A stretch of 32,000 nt of DNA from the NCBI RefSeq assembly GCF_000018945.1, contig NC_011978.1, positions 496,729-528,728 on the forward strand. The letters are read 5' to 3'. The notes under the pieces were generated by a model. The model saw nothing but the letters and a program-made list of their open reading frames with translations, had not been told where the DNA came from and made no database searches. Below, in pieces: positions 1-11,016 of the stretch (within the stretch, counting starts at the first letter, position 1; the number at the start of each line of letters is the position of its first letter). The DNA is from Thermotoga neapolitana DSM 4359. Its GTDB lineage: Bacteria; Thermotogota; Thermotogae; Thermotogales; Thermotogaceae. The translations under genes were made by a program, and so were the position numbers.

Positions 1-1176
1 CACCACGATCCTATAACCCTCGGCACTGTACCTTTCGATCAACTCTCTCAATCTTCCATTTTCTAGAGAGGTTTTCTCCGTCCTCCTCACGTTTCTGGTG
101 ATCTGTGGAAGATCCGGTATCTCTTTTGCAAGATCTGAGAGATTCTTCTTCAACCTTTCAACGACTCTCATCAGTTCCAGAGCGGTTATGAGACCATCTC
201 CCGTTGTGCTTCTGTCGAGGATTATGATGTGCCCCGATCTTTCACCACCGAGATTTGCCCCTGACTTCAGCATTTCCTCCAGAACGTACTTGTCTCCCAC
301 CTTCGTTCGAACAAGTTCTATTCCCCGTTTCCTCAGATACTCCTCGAGCCCCCCGTTGGTCATGATGGTTCCTACAACGACGGATTCCCTCAGTCTTCCT
401 TCCTCCATCATTCCCTCTGCCAGTATTCCTATGATCTTATCGCCGTTCACCACGTTTCTTTCCTCGTCTACAGCGATCACACGATCACCATCACCATCGA
501 AGGAAAAACCTATTCTACCCCTCTTCATCTCCTCTGCGAGAAATTTCGGGTGAGTGGCACCGCAGCCCTGATTTATGAGAAGACCGTCCTGAGAGGAGTT
601 GAAAACCTCAACCTCGGCACCGAGGAACTCGAACACGTCTTTCGCCGTGGTCGTTGTGGCGCCGTTGGCAAGATCAAGGGAAACGCTCTTTCCGGAAAGG
701 TCAAGATCTTTGAACATCTCAAGAACGGCACCGATGTACATATCTTTTCCTTCCCTGAAAGACTTGATCTTTCCCACGACGTACCGTCTCTGAAACTCTC
801 CTTCCATTCTCCTCTCTATCTCTTCCTCCAACTCGTCCGGTATCTTGTAACCGTTTTTCAGGACCTTTATACCGTTGTACTCTGGTGGATTGTGAGAGGC
901 CGAGATAACCACACCGTAGGACCTTGTGATCCTTGTGAGAAGGGCCACAGCAGGTGTGGGAAGGATTCCACAGGAGAGAACATCGACACCCATCGAGGTG
1001 AGCCCTGCGGCGAGGGCCGCCTCCAGAGAATCCCCAGAAACCCTTGTGTCCTTTCCTATGAGAACTTTTCCTTCTCCGACGATCTCTCCCAGCGCCTTTC
1101 CTACCTTAAACGCCAGTTCATCGGTCAGGGTATCCCCGAAAACACCCCTTATCCCGTCGGTTCCGAAGTACCTCAC
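1..1176 (-). CDS. glmM: phosphoglucosamine mutase (N-terminal 392 codons; C-terminus lies beyond the left edge)
   Basis: Absent from the ORF track because the frame runs off the window. My minus-strand translation from GTG 1176 reads MRYFGTDGIRGVFG...VVISASHNPPEYNGIKV...FSFDGDGDRVIAVD...LGGERSGHII. GGAGGT lies 8 nt upstream of 1176; an in-frame alternative GTG at 1182 overlaps the upstream TGA. These are the phosphoserine loop, the Mg-binding DGDGDR loop and the GGExSGH sugar loop of alpha-D-phosphohexomutases, with a GlmM-type N-terminus. The frame stays open to position 1. Confidence 0.9.
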   Translation of the reverse strand, partial: MRYFGTDGIRGVFGDTLTDELAFKVGKALGEIVGEGKVLIGKDTRVSGDSLEAALAAGLTSMGVDVLSCGILPTPAVALLTRITRSYGVVISASHNPPEYNGIKVLKNGYKIPDELEEEIERRMEGEFQRRYVVGKIKSFREGKDMYIGAVLEMFKDLDLSGKSVSLDLANGATTTTAKDVFEFLGAEVEVFNSSQDGLLINQGCGATHPKFLAEEMKRGRIGFSFDGDGDRVIAVDEERNVVNGDKIIGILAEGMMEEGRLRESVVVGTIMTNGGLEEYLRKRGIELVRTKVGDKYVLEEMLKSGANLGGERSGHIIILDRSTTGDGLITALELMRVVERLKKNLSDLAKEIPDLPQITRNVRRTEKTSLENGRLRELIERYSAEGYRIVV

Positions 1177-1178
1177 CT

Positions 1179-1982
1179 TCACAACCTCCCCTTCTGCAAA
1201 CTGTACATGTGAGCCCTGTAGTTTTTGAGGTATGCGTGGGAGTCGCCCTCTTCGTCGTACCTGTAATGATAAACGATGTCAGGATCGATGTCCTCGAAGA
1301 TCACACCCTCACTGGTCTCCAGTTCTCTGAGGACCTTTCCGTTGGGAGCAACTATCCTTGTTCTCCCCACAAACTCCACAAATCCCTTGCCACACATGGA
1401 CGAGGCCACAAGAAAGACTCCGTTCTCCACTGCCCGCGCCCTTGTTGCGATATCGTAGGTGTGCCCTCTTTCTTTTCCGAAGGCAAAGGAAGAAAGTATC
1501 ACCTTGCTTCCTTTGAGAGTCAGTATCCGGGAGATCTCTGGAAAACCTATCTCGTAACAGATCAGCGTTCCAAAGATCACTCCTCTGTGAGAGAAAACGA
1601 GGAAATACTCTCCCGGTTCGAAGACATCCTTTTCTCCACGAAAAAGATGCGTCTTATCGTAAAAAAGAAGTTCTCTCTTCTTTTTGAAAATCACCAGGGA
1701 GTTTCGGAGTTTTCCCAGAACGATCCTGGGAGTGCCGGTGACGATGACGATCTGTCCCTCTCTTGAGAGCCTCAAAAGTTTTTTTCTGACAACTTCCTCA
1801 AAGAACCTGGCTCCCCTTTCAAGCGTCTTCTCATCCCATGTGTAACCACTGATCGTAAGCTCAGGGAACACGATCACGTCCACACCGCTTGAAATGGCTT
1901 CTTCTACAAAGTGTTCTATTCTACCCAGATTCTCCTCGAACCCCCCGATTGCCGGGAGCATCTGAACCGCCGCCACTCGCAA
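1179..1982 (-). CDS. carbon-nitrogen hydrolase (nitrilase-superfamily amidohydrolase)
   Basis: 267-aa ORF with the family-typical MRVAAVQM start. Catalytic-triad contexts are present: VFPELTISGY (Glu), YDKTHLF (Lys), GTLICYEIGFPE (Cys). Confidence 0.85.
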   Translation of the reverse strand: MRVAAVQMLPAIGGFEENLGRIEHFVEEAISSGVDVIVFPELTISGYTWDEKTLERGARFFEEVVRKKLLRLSREGQIVIVTGTPRIVLGKLRNSLVIFKKKRELLFYDKTHLFRGEKDVFEPGEYFLVFSHRGVIFGTLICYEIGFPEISRILTLKGSKVILSSFAFGKERGHTYDIATRARAVENGVFLVASSMCGKGFVEFVGRTRIVAPNGKVLRELETSEGVIFEDIDPDIVYHYRYDEEGDSHAYLKNYRAHMYSLQKGRL

Positions 1983-3135
1983 TTTCGTACACCTTCCTTG
2001 ATAGTGTTTCCTGTTTCAACCAGTATCCATCCAGTATACCCTTTGAGGCAAGCCTTCCAAGGAACCTGTAGTGATCTTTCGTGAGTCTTCCAGGCCCTGC
2101 CCTGAAAAGCTCCGTTCCAGGAAGTGGCATGAAGGTGTGGGCGTGTATCTTCGCACCGTATCTTTCTACAATTCTCATGATGAAGTTAAACGTCATCTCT
2201 ATGTCTTCCTTTGTCTCGAACGGAAACCCGAATATGAAATCAACGTGCGGTGTGAAACCATGAAATGCGATCTTTTCTATTGCCTCCTCCACCTGTTCAA
2301 CTGTGTGCCCGCGTTTTATGATCTTCAATACTCTGTCGCTTCCACTCTGAGCTCCTATCACTATCGATCGGTTTTTGACATATTTTTTCACCACTTTCAG
2401 CACTTCATCGGTTACGGATTCAGGTCTTACCTCGGAGGGGAAGGTACCGAAGTAGATCTCCTCAACACCCACTTTTTTGAGTCCATAAAGGAGTTCTTCG
2501 ATCTTTTCGACATTCGGTGTTACTCCGTTTCTAGAACCGTATCCGAAGGAGTTCGGAGCTATGAAACGTGCCAGTTTTCTGTTTTTTTCCACACCGAGCT
2601 TTGCGTAATGAATGATCACATCCACATCCCGGTGCCTCACCTGTTTTCCTGCAAGACTTGGGGTCTGACAGTACGCACAGGAGAAGGGACATCCCCTTGT
2701 GATTTCGATGGGCATGTAGATTCCCTTCGAAGGAAGGAAAGGCGGGTAGTGGTTCAGATTGACTCTCTTTGAAATCCCATCGAAGATCCTTTCTCTTTCT
2801 CCCATCAGAAACCTCAGGATGTTCTCTTCACCGTCTCCGATGAAAACATGGTCGAATCCCATTCCCAGGCAGCCTTCAGGATCGGCACTTGCGTGCGGGC
2901 CTCCCGCTATGAGCGTGTAGCCCTGTTTTTTCAACTGGACAACTTCCTCTTTCACAACCTCAAGGTCAAAACTCATGAAAGAGTAAGCAACCACGGTTTC
3001 ATCGGGAGGGAAGTTCTTTATTTCACCGAATTTTACAGGTCTTGCTTCCACGTCGAGATGTCTGCTGTATATCGTAGAAAGCAGAGCAGCGATACTGTAC
3101 CAGTTATTCTTCGTTTCCCTGAACAGAATATACAT
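1921..3135 (-). CDS. B12-binding-domain radical SAM protein
   Basis: 404-aa ORF. The N-terminal Rossmann-like region (TLIAGGPHASADPE) resembles a cobalamin-binding domain. The radical SAM cluster motif ITRGCPFSCAYCQTP (CxxxCxxC) follows. The last 62 nt overlap the next gene's start in another frame. Confidence 0.8.
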   Translation of the reverse strand: MYILFRETKNNWYSIAALLSTIYSRHLDVEARPVKFGEIKNFPPDETVVAYSFMSFDLEVVKEEVVQLKKQGYTLIAGGPHASADPEGCLGMGFDHVFIGDGEENILRFLMGERERIFDGISKRVNLNHYPPFLPSKGIYMPIEITRGCPFSCAYCQTPSLAGKQVRHRDVDVIIHYAKLGVEKNRKLARFIAPNSFGYGSRNGVTPNVEKIEELLYGLKKVGVEEIYFGTFPSEVRPESVTDEVLKVVKKYVKNRSIVIGAQSGSDRVLKIIKRGHTVEQVEEAIEKIAFHGFTPHVDFIFGFPFETKEDIEMTFNFIMRIVERYGAKIHAHTFMPLPGTELFRAGPGRLTKDHYRFLGRLASKGILDGYWLKQETLSRKVYEIASGGGSDAPGNRGVRGESG

Positions 3136-4078
3136 CCAGTGCCACCTCTTCGATGAATTCGTGGAAGAAGGGTTTTGGATCTTCTTCGCTTTTAACGGAT
3201 CTGTCCAGTTCGTAGAGTTTCCTGAGGATCGACTCGAGTTTGGTGGTATCGTAGTAGAGAAGGTGGTTTATCACCTTGAACTTCCAGGCCTTGAACGCAA
3301 ATCCAAGGAAGCGTGCCACCCTGGGAACCGGCATACCGAGTTCTTTTGAGATCTTCGATATATCCGGCCAGGTGTAGTACCTCTTCCTGGTGACGAGCAC
3401 GACCAGTTTGAAAAGGTCGAGGAAATGATTCACGAGCACAGCGGAGATCACCACAGGTTCTGTGTTCTTCCACATCTGTGACAAAAGGGCGTGGGCGAGC
3501 CTTCTTTTGCCCTCGGAGACGGCAAAGCAGAACTCGTCGTATCCTGGACTCTGGTAGGTGAAGACCACTTCCTCCACGTCCTCTGCAGAGATGTTGCCAG
3601 TTTCGGAGTAAGCCTTCAGTTTTTCGATCTCTCTTTCTATGAGAAGATCATTCGTTCCAACCTTGGAAAAGAAGAGTTGCAGCGCATCTTTTGTGATCTT
3701 CAATCCACTCTCTCTGAAACGTTTCTCTATCCACTCAAGCCACTTGTCCGTCTCCCAGGGTTTTGGTAGATCCAGGTTCACACCCTTTGCGGTCGACTTC
3801 TGGGATCGCACGAAGATGTGGACATCCTCTGGAACGTTTTTTACGAGTTCAAGGAAGCGCTTTTGTTCCTGAGAGCGCCACGAATCGAAATCGATGATGT
3901 CCACCACGGTTTTTCCGGAAAATATCGTTCTTGTGTTGATGATGGATCTCAGAAAGTTCAATTTATCGGGATCGTCCGGATGGATCCTTATGTACTCCGC
4001 TTTTTCGTCTTTCAAAAGTTTTTTTATCAGCTCTTCCTTTTTGGTCTCCGAGGCACCCGTGAGGAAAGTAACCGGCAT
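3104..4078 (-). CDS. holA: DNA polymerase III delta subunit-like protein
   Basis: 324 aa from ATG 4078, with GAGGTGA 4 nt upstream; the track's TTG at 4093 lacks an RBS. Size, lack of a P-loop, the N-terminal MPVTFLTG...KKEELIKKL and a helical C-terminal half resemble HolA. The assignment rests on resemblance and remembered synteny, not a hard motif. Confidence 0.5.
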   Translation of the reverse strand: MPVTFLTGASETKKEELIKKLLKDEKAEYIRIHPDDPDKLNFLRSIINTRTIFSGKTVVDIIDFDSWRSQEQKRFLELVKNVPEDVHIFVRSQKSTAKGVNLDLPKPWETDKWLEWIEKRFRESGLKITKDALQLFFSKVGTNDLLIEREIEKLKAYSETGNISAEDVEEVVFTYQSPGYDEFCFAVSEGKRRLAHALLSQMWKNTEPVVISAVLVNHFLDLFKLVVLVTRKRYYTWPDISKISKELGMPVPRVARFLGFAFKAWKFKVINHLLYYDTTKLESILRKLYELDRSVKSEEDPKPFFHEFIEEVALDVYSVQGNEE

Positions 4079-4110
4079 TCGATCACCTCTCAAAGGAATT
4101 TTAACACGCT

Positions 4111-4138
4111 TTGGAAAAAAGTTTCAAAATGATACCAT
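4111..4138 (+). promoter_or_regulatory. putative sigma70-type promoter for the lipoprotein gene
   Basis: TTGGAA (4111-4116), 16-nt spacer, extended -10 TGaTACCAT (TG 4130-4131, hexamer 4133-4138). It lies ~20 nt upstream of the AAGGAGGTGA RBS and ATG 4159. Confidence 0.35.
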
Positions 4139-4158
4139 TAAAGAAAGGAGGTGAAAGA

Positions 4159-4728
4159 ATGAAGAGAGTACTCTTCTGGTCTGCACTCATAACATCTGGT
4201 ATTTTGCTGCTTGTTTCCGGCTGTATTCCAGTACCCATTCCTATCGATCTTGGAAACCTCGGTATCGAACCTCAAGTGTTCGGGATTCCACAAGGAAGCT
4301 CCACCACCCTGGATGCAACATGGACAAGCTTTATCATCAAAGCGGAAGATGTGAAAAACGCACAGCAAGAGGCTGGTATTCCAGGAACAGTGCACCTTCA
4401 CAACATCGAGGTGAGTGGAAATGTCACCGTGGAAGGAGATCTTAATCTTGAAGGATTCATAGGTTTTTCTCTCACCGAGCCAACATCAACACCGACTATC
4501 GGTGATATTGATATCAAAATTAACGCTCCTCAGCAGACTGAATATTCTCCTTCCATCTCTGCCAGCAACTCACCCGCTCTGAAAGAAGCTCTGAACAGGA
4601 TAAACAACGGAGAAGACGTTACACTCTGGGTGATCTTTGGGCAGAGAAACTACAGCTCCACAAATGGAGCCACCGTGACCGTTGAGATAGAGAATGTAAA
4701 ACTCCGGGTCACCTGGACTGCCTGGTGA
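4159..4728 (+). CDS. hypothetical lipoprotein
   Basis: Strong RBS AAGGAGGTGA 4 nt before ATG 4159. The N-terminus MKRVLFWSALITSGILLLVSGC is a signal peptide with a lipobox (LVSG|C). The mature part is beta-rich and ends in W. I recognise no family. Confidence 0.75.
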   Translation: MKRVLFWSALITSGILLLVSGCIPVPIPIDLGNLGIEPQVFGIPQGSSTTLDATWTSFIIKAEDVKNAQQEAGIPGTVHLHNIEVSGNVTVEGDLNLEGFIGFSLTEPTSTPTIGDIDIKINAPQQTEYSPSISASNSPALKEALNRINNGEDVTLWVIFGQRNYSSTNGATVTVEIENVKLRVTWTAW

Positions 4729-4731
4729 AAA

Positions 4732-4754
4732 AAGCCCCTCTTTTCGAGGGGCTT
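4732..4754. terminator. bidirectional rho-independent terminator between convergent genes
   Basis: 9-bp stem AAGCCCCTC / GAGGGGCTT with a 5-nt loop. The minus-sense RNA follows it with a run of six U; the plus-sense RNA follows it with ACTTTTC. It sits between the plus-gene stop (4726-4728) and the minus-gene stop (4753-4755). Confidence 0.7.
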
Positions 4755-5031
4755 ACTTTTCATCGAAGGACAGTTCCATGTAATCGGCCTTCACACCCGG
4801 TAGTTTGTTTAGTTTGTCACAGAGTTCTCTGTGCTGCTGCGGACTTCCCACAAGTTCAAGAACGATGAGTCCGGCGTCCGAGCAATTGTCCAGAACACCA
4901 TCGTGAAGGCCCAGTCTTGTCTTGATCAAACATCCCCAGGCGGTGAGGATTTTCTGAACCTTCTCAGCCGTTTCCTTTCTGTTTTCCACAAGGATAGCCA
5001 TCACCGTCTTTATGGGAAGTTTTTCCGCCAC
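4753..5031 (-). CDS. small hypothetical protein, possibly an ACT/ferredoxin-like-fold regulator
   Basis: 92-aa ORF with GTG start 5031 and AGGGGGTGA just upstream. The pattern VMAILVENR...helix...IKTRLGLH...GLIVLELVG...helix...GVKADY suggests a beta-alpha-beta-beta-alpha-beta fold like the small TM1266-type proteins (from memory, unverified). Confidence 0.6.
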   Translation of the reverse strand: MAEKLPIKTVMAILVENRKETAEKVQKILTAWGCLIKTRLGLHDGVLDNCSDAGLIVLELVGSPQQHRELCDKLNKLPGVKADYMELSFDEK

Positions 5032-5051
5032 TGGATCACCCCCTTGATATC

Positions 5052-5057
5052 ATTATA
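5052..5057 (-). promoter_or_regulatory. candidate -10 box (TATAAT) for the small gene
   Basis: The minus-sense sequence reads ...CCCCTTTTTGTTATAATGATATCAAGGGGGTGATCCAGTG. A perfect TATAAT lies ~20 nt before the GTG. No convincing -35 is present, because that region lies inside the 5S terminator hairpin. Confidence 0.3.
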
Positions 5058-5062
5058 ACAAA

Positions 5063-5086
5063 AAGGGGCTCTTGAAAGAGCCCCTT
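5063..5086 (-). terminator. rho-independent terminator of the rRNA operon
   Basis: 10-bp perfect stem AAGGGGCTCT / AGAGCCCCTT with a 4-nt loop, 15 nt downstream of the 5S gene. TTTTGTT follows it on the minus-sense RNA. Confidence 0.8.
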
Positions 5087-5100
5087 CATAAAAAACAAAT

Positions 5101-5220
5101 CCCCGGGCGCTACCTACTCTCGCATGGGGCTGCCCCCATACTACCATCGGCCCAGGGCGGCTTAACGGCCGGGTTCGGAATGGAACCGGGTGTTTCCCGC
5201 CCCAGTATCGGCACCCGGGG
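5101..5220 (-). rRNA. rrf: 5S ribosomal RNA
   Basis: The reverse complement reads CCCCGGGUGCCGAUACUGGGGCGGGAAACACCCGGUUCCAUUCCGAACCCGGCCGUUAAGCCGCCCUGGGCCGAUGGUAGUAUGGGGGCAGCCCCAUGCGAGAGUAGGUAGCGCCCGGGG. It contains the conserved CCGAAC and GAGAGUAGG blocks and complementary termini. Ends are accurate to a few nt. Confidence 0.95.
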
Positions 5221-5393
5221 ATACTTCGAAGGATCATTGGAAACTGCATAGGGGATTTCGGAGGTCAAGGCCTCGGCCGATTAGTACCGGTGGGCTCAAC
5301 GCCTTGCGGCGCTTACACCCCCGGCCTATCAAGGTCCTCTTCTCGGACCGGCCTTACTCCCTTAACGGGATGGGAGGCCTAATCTTGGGGCGC

Positions 5394-5424
<31 letters not shown>

Positions 5425-5551
5425 GCTTAGGGGCATAGCTACCCGGCGTATGCCGCTGGCGCGACAGCCGGTACACCAGAGGCCCCCTCCTCCCGGTCCT
5501 CTCGTACAAGGGAGGACCCCCCTCAAGCCTCCTACGCCCGCGGCAGATAGG

Positions 5552-5586
<35 letters not shown>

Positions 5587-5594
5587 ACGTACCC

Positions 5595-5628
<34 letters not shown>

Positions 5629-5703
5629 GCTTCAGCCCCAGGATGGGATGAGCCGACATCGAGGTGCCGAACCCCGCCGTCGATGTGAACTCTCGGGCGG
5701 GAC

Positions 5704-5743
<40 letters not shown>

Positions 5744-5903
5744 CGGCCCTTCCACACGGGGCCGCCGGGTCACTAGGGCCGGGTTTCCCCCCTGCTCGGC
5801 CTGTCGGCCTCGCAGTCAGGCCGGCTTATGCCCTTGCACTCTACGGTGGATTTCCAACCCACCTGAGCCGACCTTTGCGCACCTCCGTTACTCTTTAGGA
5901 GGT

Positions 5904-5938
<35 letters not shown>

Positions 5939-6178
5939 CCCACCCTGCTCTTCACAGGGTCAGGTTAGGACTCCAGTGCACCGAGGGTGGTATTCCACTG
6001 GCGGCTCCACCGCCCCTGGCGAGGCGGCTTCACAGCCTCCCACCTATTCTATACACGATGCACCAGAGCCCAATACCAGGCTGCAGTAAAGCTCCACGGG
6101 GTCTTTCCGTCTAGCCGCGGGTACTGGGCATCTTCACCCAGACTGAAATTTCGCCGGGCCCCCCGCCGAGACAGTGCC

Positions 6179-6977
<799 letters not shown>

Positions 6978-7008
6978 GGTCGGAGCTACGCTCCCACAAG
7001 GGGAGCCT

Positions 7009-7048
<40 letters not shown>

Positions 7049-7826
7049 TCCCTATACTTCCTCTTTTCGAGTTAGCAGAGACCTGTGTTTTTGGTAAACA
7101 GTCGCCAGGGCCTTGTCACTGCGACCGCCTCGGGCTCCCCCGGTTTCCGGGTTGCCCCTTCCCCCGGGTTCACCCTAACGCGGCACCCCTTCTCCCGAAG
7201 TTACGGGGCCAATTTGCCGAGTTCCTTGGCGAGGGTTAACCCGCTCCCCTGAGCCTTCTCAGCCCGCCCACCTGTGTCGGTTTGCGGAACGGGCACCTAC
7301 GGTCTCAAGCGGTACGCGAGGTTTTTCTCGGCAGTGTGGGGTCGGCGCCGTTGGTCCCCGAAGGGACCTCCCCATCACGGCTCAGGCTCGGGGCGCGGAT
7401 TTACCTACGCCCGTCATCGCCCTAACCGCTTGGAGGGGCATGCCACTTGCCCCCGGCGCCTACCCTCCTGCGTCACCCCTCGTACCATCGACCGCAGGTG
7501 GCGCCGGAATATTAACCGGCTTCCCTTCGGCTACCCCTTTCGGGTTCACCTTAGGGTCCCGGCTAACCCTGGGCGGACGACCCTTCCCCAGGTACCCTTG
7601 GGCTTACGGGGGGAGGGATTCTCACCCTCCTCTCGCGTACTCATGCCCGCATTCTCACTTCCGCCTCGTCCAGCGGCCCTCGCGGGTCCGCCTTCACCCT
7701 ACAGCGGAACGCTCCCCTACCGCCAGTACCTCCAGCGGAGGTACTGACCCGCGGCTTCGGGGGGTGGCTTGAGCCCCGTTACATTTTCGGTGCAGGGCGC
7801 CTCGGCTGGTGAGCTGTTACGCACTC

Positions 7827-7859
<33 letters not shown>

Positions 7860-9003
7860 AGCTGTCTTAGGCGCCCCACATCCTTTACCACTTAGCCACC
7901 TCTTCGGGCCCTTAGCCGGCGGTCTGGGTTGTTCCCCTCTCGTCCGCGGAGCTTATCCCCCGCGGGCTCACTCCCGGGCTTTGTGTGCAGGGATTCGGAG
8001 TTTGACGGGGTTCGGAGGAAACCCCCCTAGCCCCATCAGTGCTCTACCCCCTGCACAGACCACCCGAGGCTGCACCTCAATGCATTTCGGGGAGAACCAG
8101 CTATCACCGGGTTCGGTTAGCTTTTCACTCCTACCCCCAGGTCATCCGAGGACTTTTCACTGTCCACCGGTTCGGGCCTCCAGTGGGTTTTAACCCACCT
8201 TCACCCTGCCCAGGGGTAGCTCACCCGGCTTCGGGTCTGCCGCCGGTGACTAGACGCCCTGTTCGGACTCGCTTTCGCTACGGCTACGCCTCAATCGGCT
8301 TAACCTCGCCACCGACGGCAACTCGCGGGCTCATTAATCAAAAGGCACGCCGTCACCCCCAAATGGGGGCTCCGACTTCTTGTAGGCACGCGGTTTCAGG
8401 TCCTCTTTCACTCCCCTTCCGGGGTGCTTTTCACCTTTCCCTCACGGTACTGGTGCACTATCGGGCGGCGGGTAGTATTTAGCCTTGGAGGGTGGTCCCC
8501 CCAGCTTCCCACGGGATTCCACGTGTCCCGTGGTACTCGGGAACACGACCCAGGGAGTCCCTCCCCTTTCGCCTACGGGGCTGTCACCCTCTCCGGCCCA
8601 CCTTCCCAGGTGGTTCGGCTAGAGGAGGGATTTGTAACTCCCCGGCGAGTCCGTGGCCTCGCCCGGTCGTGTCCCGCAACCCCAGCGTGGCAACGCCCAC
8701 GGGCTTTGGCACCACGCTGGTTTGGGCTCCTCCCCGTTCGCTCGCCGCTACTAGGGGAATCTCGGTTGATTTCTTTTCCTCGGGGTACTGAGATGTTTCA
8801 CTTCCCCCGGTGTCGCACCGCCTTTCGGCGGCGAGTGGCCTCAACGGCCACCCAGGTTTCCCCATTCGGGAATCCCGGGATCAACGCCTGCTTGCGGCTC
8901 CCCCGGGCTTATCGCAGCTTGCCACGCCCTTCATCGCCTCCCGCCGCCAAGGCATCCACCGCGTGCCCTTAGTACCTTGACCTCCTACTCTCCCCTATGC
9001 AGT

Positions 9004-9015
9004 TTTCAATGACCC
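9004..9015 (-). promoter_or_regulatory. GGGUCAUUGAAA motif (boxA-like or processing-stem base), 23S-proximal copy
   Basis: The minus-sense sequence reads AAGGGUCAUUGAAAACUGC, 8 nt after tRNA-Ala. The identical 12-mer recurs in the 16S leader. From memory, it resembles the Bacillus-type rrn boxA/ITS element GUUCUUUGAAAACU. Confidence 0.4.
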
Positions 9016-9022
9016 TTCACCT

Positions 9023-9098
9023 TGGTGGAGACGAGGGGATTCGAACCCCTGGCCTCCTGCTTGCAAAGCAGGCGCTCTCCCAGCTGAGCTACGTCCCC
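9023..9098 (-). tRNA. tRNA-Ala (anticodon UGC), CCA encoded
   Basis: The reverse complement is GGGGACGTAGCTCAGCTGGGAGAGCGCCTGCTTTGCAAGCAGGAGGCCAGGGGTTCGAATCCCCTCGTCTCCACCA. It shows the cloverleaf arms, anticodon loop CUUUGCAAG, the G3.U70 Ala identity pair and the GGTTCGAATCC T-arm. Confidence 0.97.
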
Positions 9099-9103
9099 AC
9101 CAA

Positions 9104-9180
9104 TGGTGGGCTCGGGTGGACTCGAACCACCGACCTCACGCTTATCAGGCGTGCGCTCTGACCAGCTGAGCTACGAGCCC
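9104..9180 (-). tRNA. tRNA-Ile (anticodon GAU), CCA encoded
   Basis: The reverse complement is GGGCTCGTAGCTCAGCTGGTCAGAGCGCACGCCTGATAAGCGTGAGGTCGGTGGTTCGAGTCCACCCGAGCCCACCA. The anticodon loop is CCUGAUAAG. Confidence 0.97.
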
Positions 9181-9221
9181 CCGAGCCATTGGAATATGGA
9201 TAGCAGCCCCCGAAAATCTCC

Positions 9222-10785
<1,564 letters not shown>

Positions 10786-10828
10786 AGATTCGATCCGGCT
10801 CAACAAAATCGGGGGGCTGCTATCCATA

Positions 10829-10840
10829 TTTCAATGACCC
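10829..10840 (-). promoter_or_regulatory. GGGUCAUUGAAA motif, 16S-leader copy
   Basis: The minus-sense sequence reads CCUCGGGUCAUUGAAAUAUGG. It is the same 12-mer as at 9004-9015 and overlaps the 5' strand of the 16S processing stem. Confidence 0.4.
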
Positions 10841-10954
10841 GAGGACAAAAACCTTGAAGTTTGCTTCAGCTCCAGAGTGTGTAACTTCTCTTTTCGGGTT
10901 CTATTCTCTTTTTCCGCTTTCTGAAGACCCTTTCACTCAACGTCGCCGAGATTA

Positions 10955-10983
10955 ATAATAGCACCCCTTCCACAGCAGTTCAA
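10955..10983 (-). promoter_or_regulatory. putative rRNA operon promoter
   Basis: The minus-sense sequence reads TTGAAC (10983-10978), a 17-nt spacer, then TATTAT (10960-10955). It lies 34 nt downstream of the priA stop and ~170 nt upstream of mature 16S. Confidence 0.55.
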
Positions 10984-11016
10984 TTAAGGAAAAGATAAGG
11001 TAAAGTTACATTAAGG

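Noticed and set aside
98-1766. Plus-strand ORFs 98..553, 550..1212, 926..1228 and 1209..1766
   Set aside because: They are antisense to glmM and the CN-hydrolase, and the same purine-skew artefact explains them. The real glmM frame is missing from the track only because it runs off the window.
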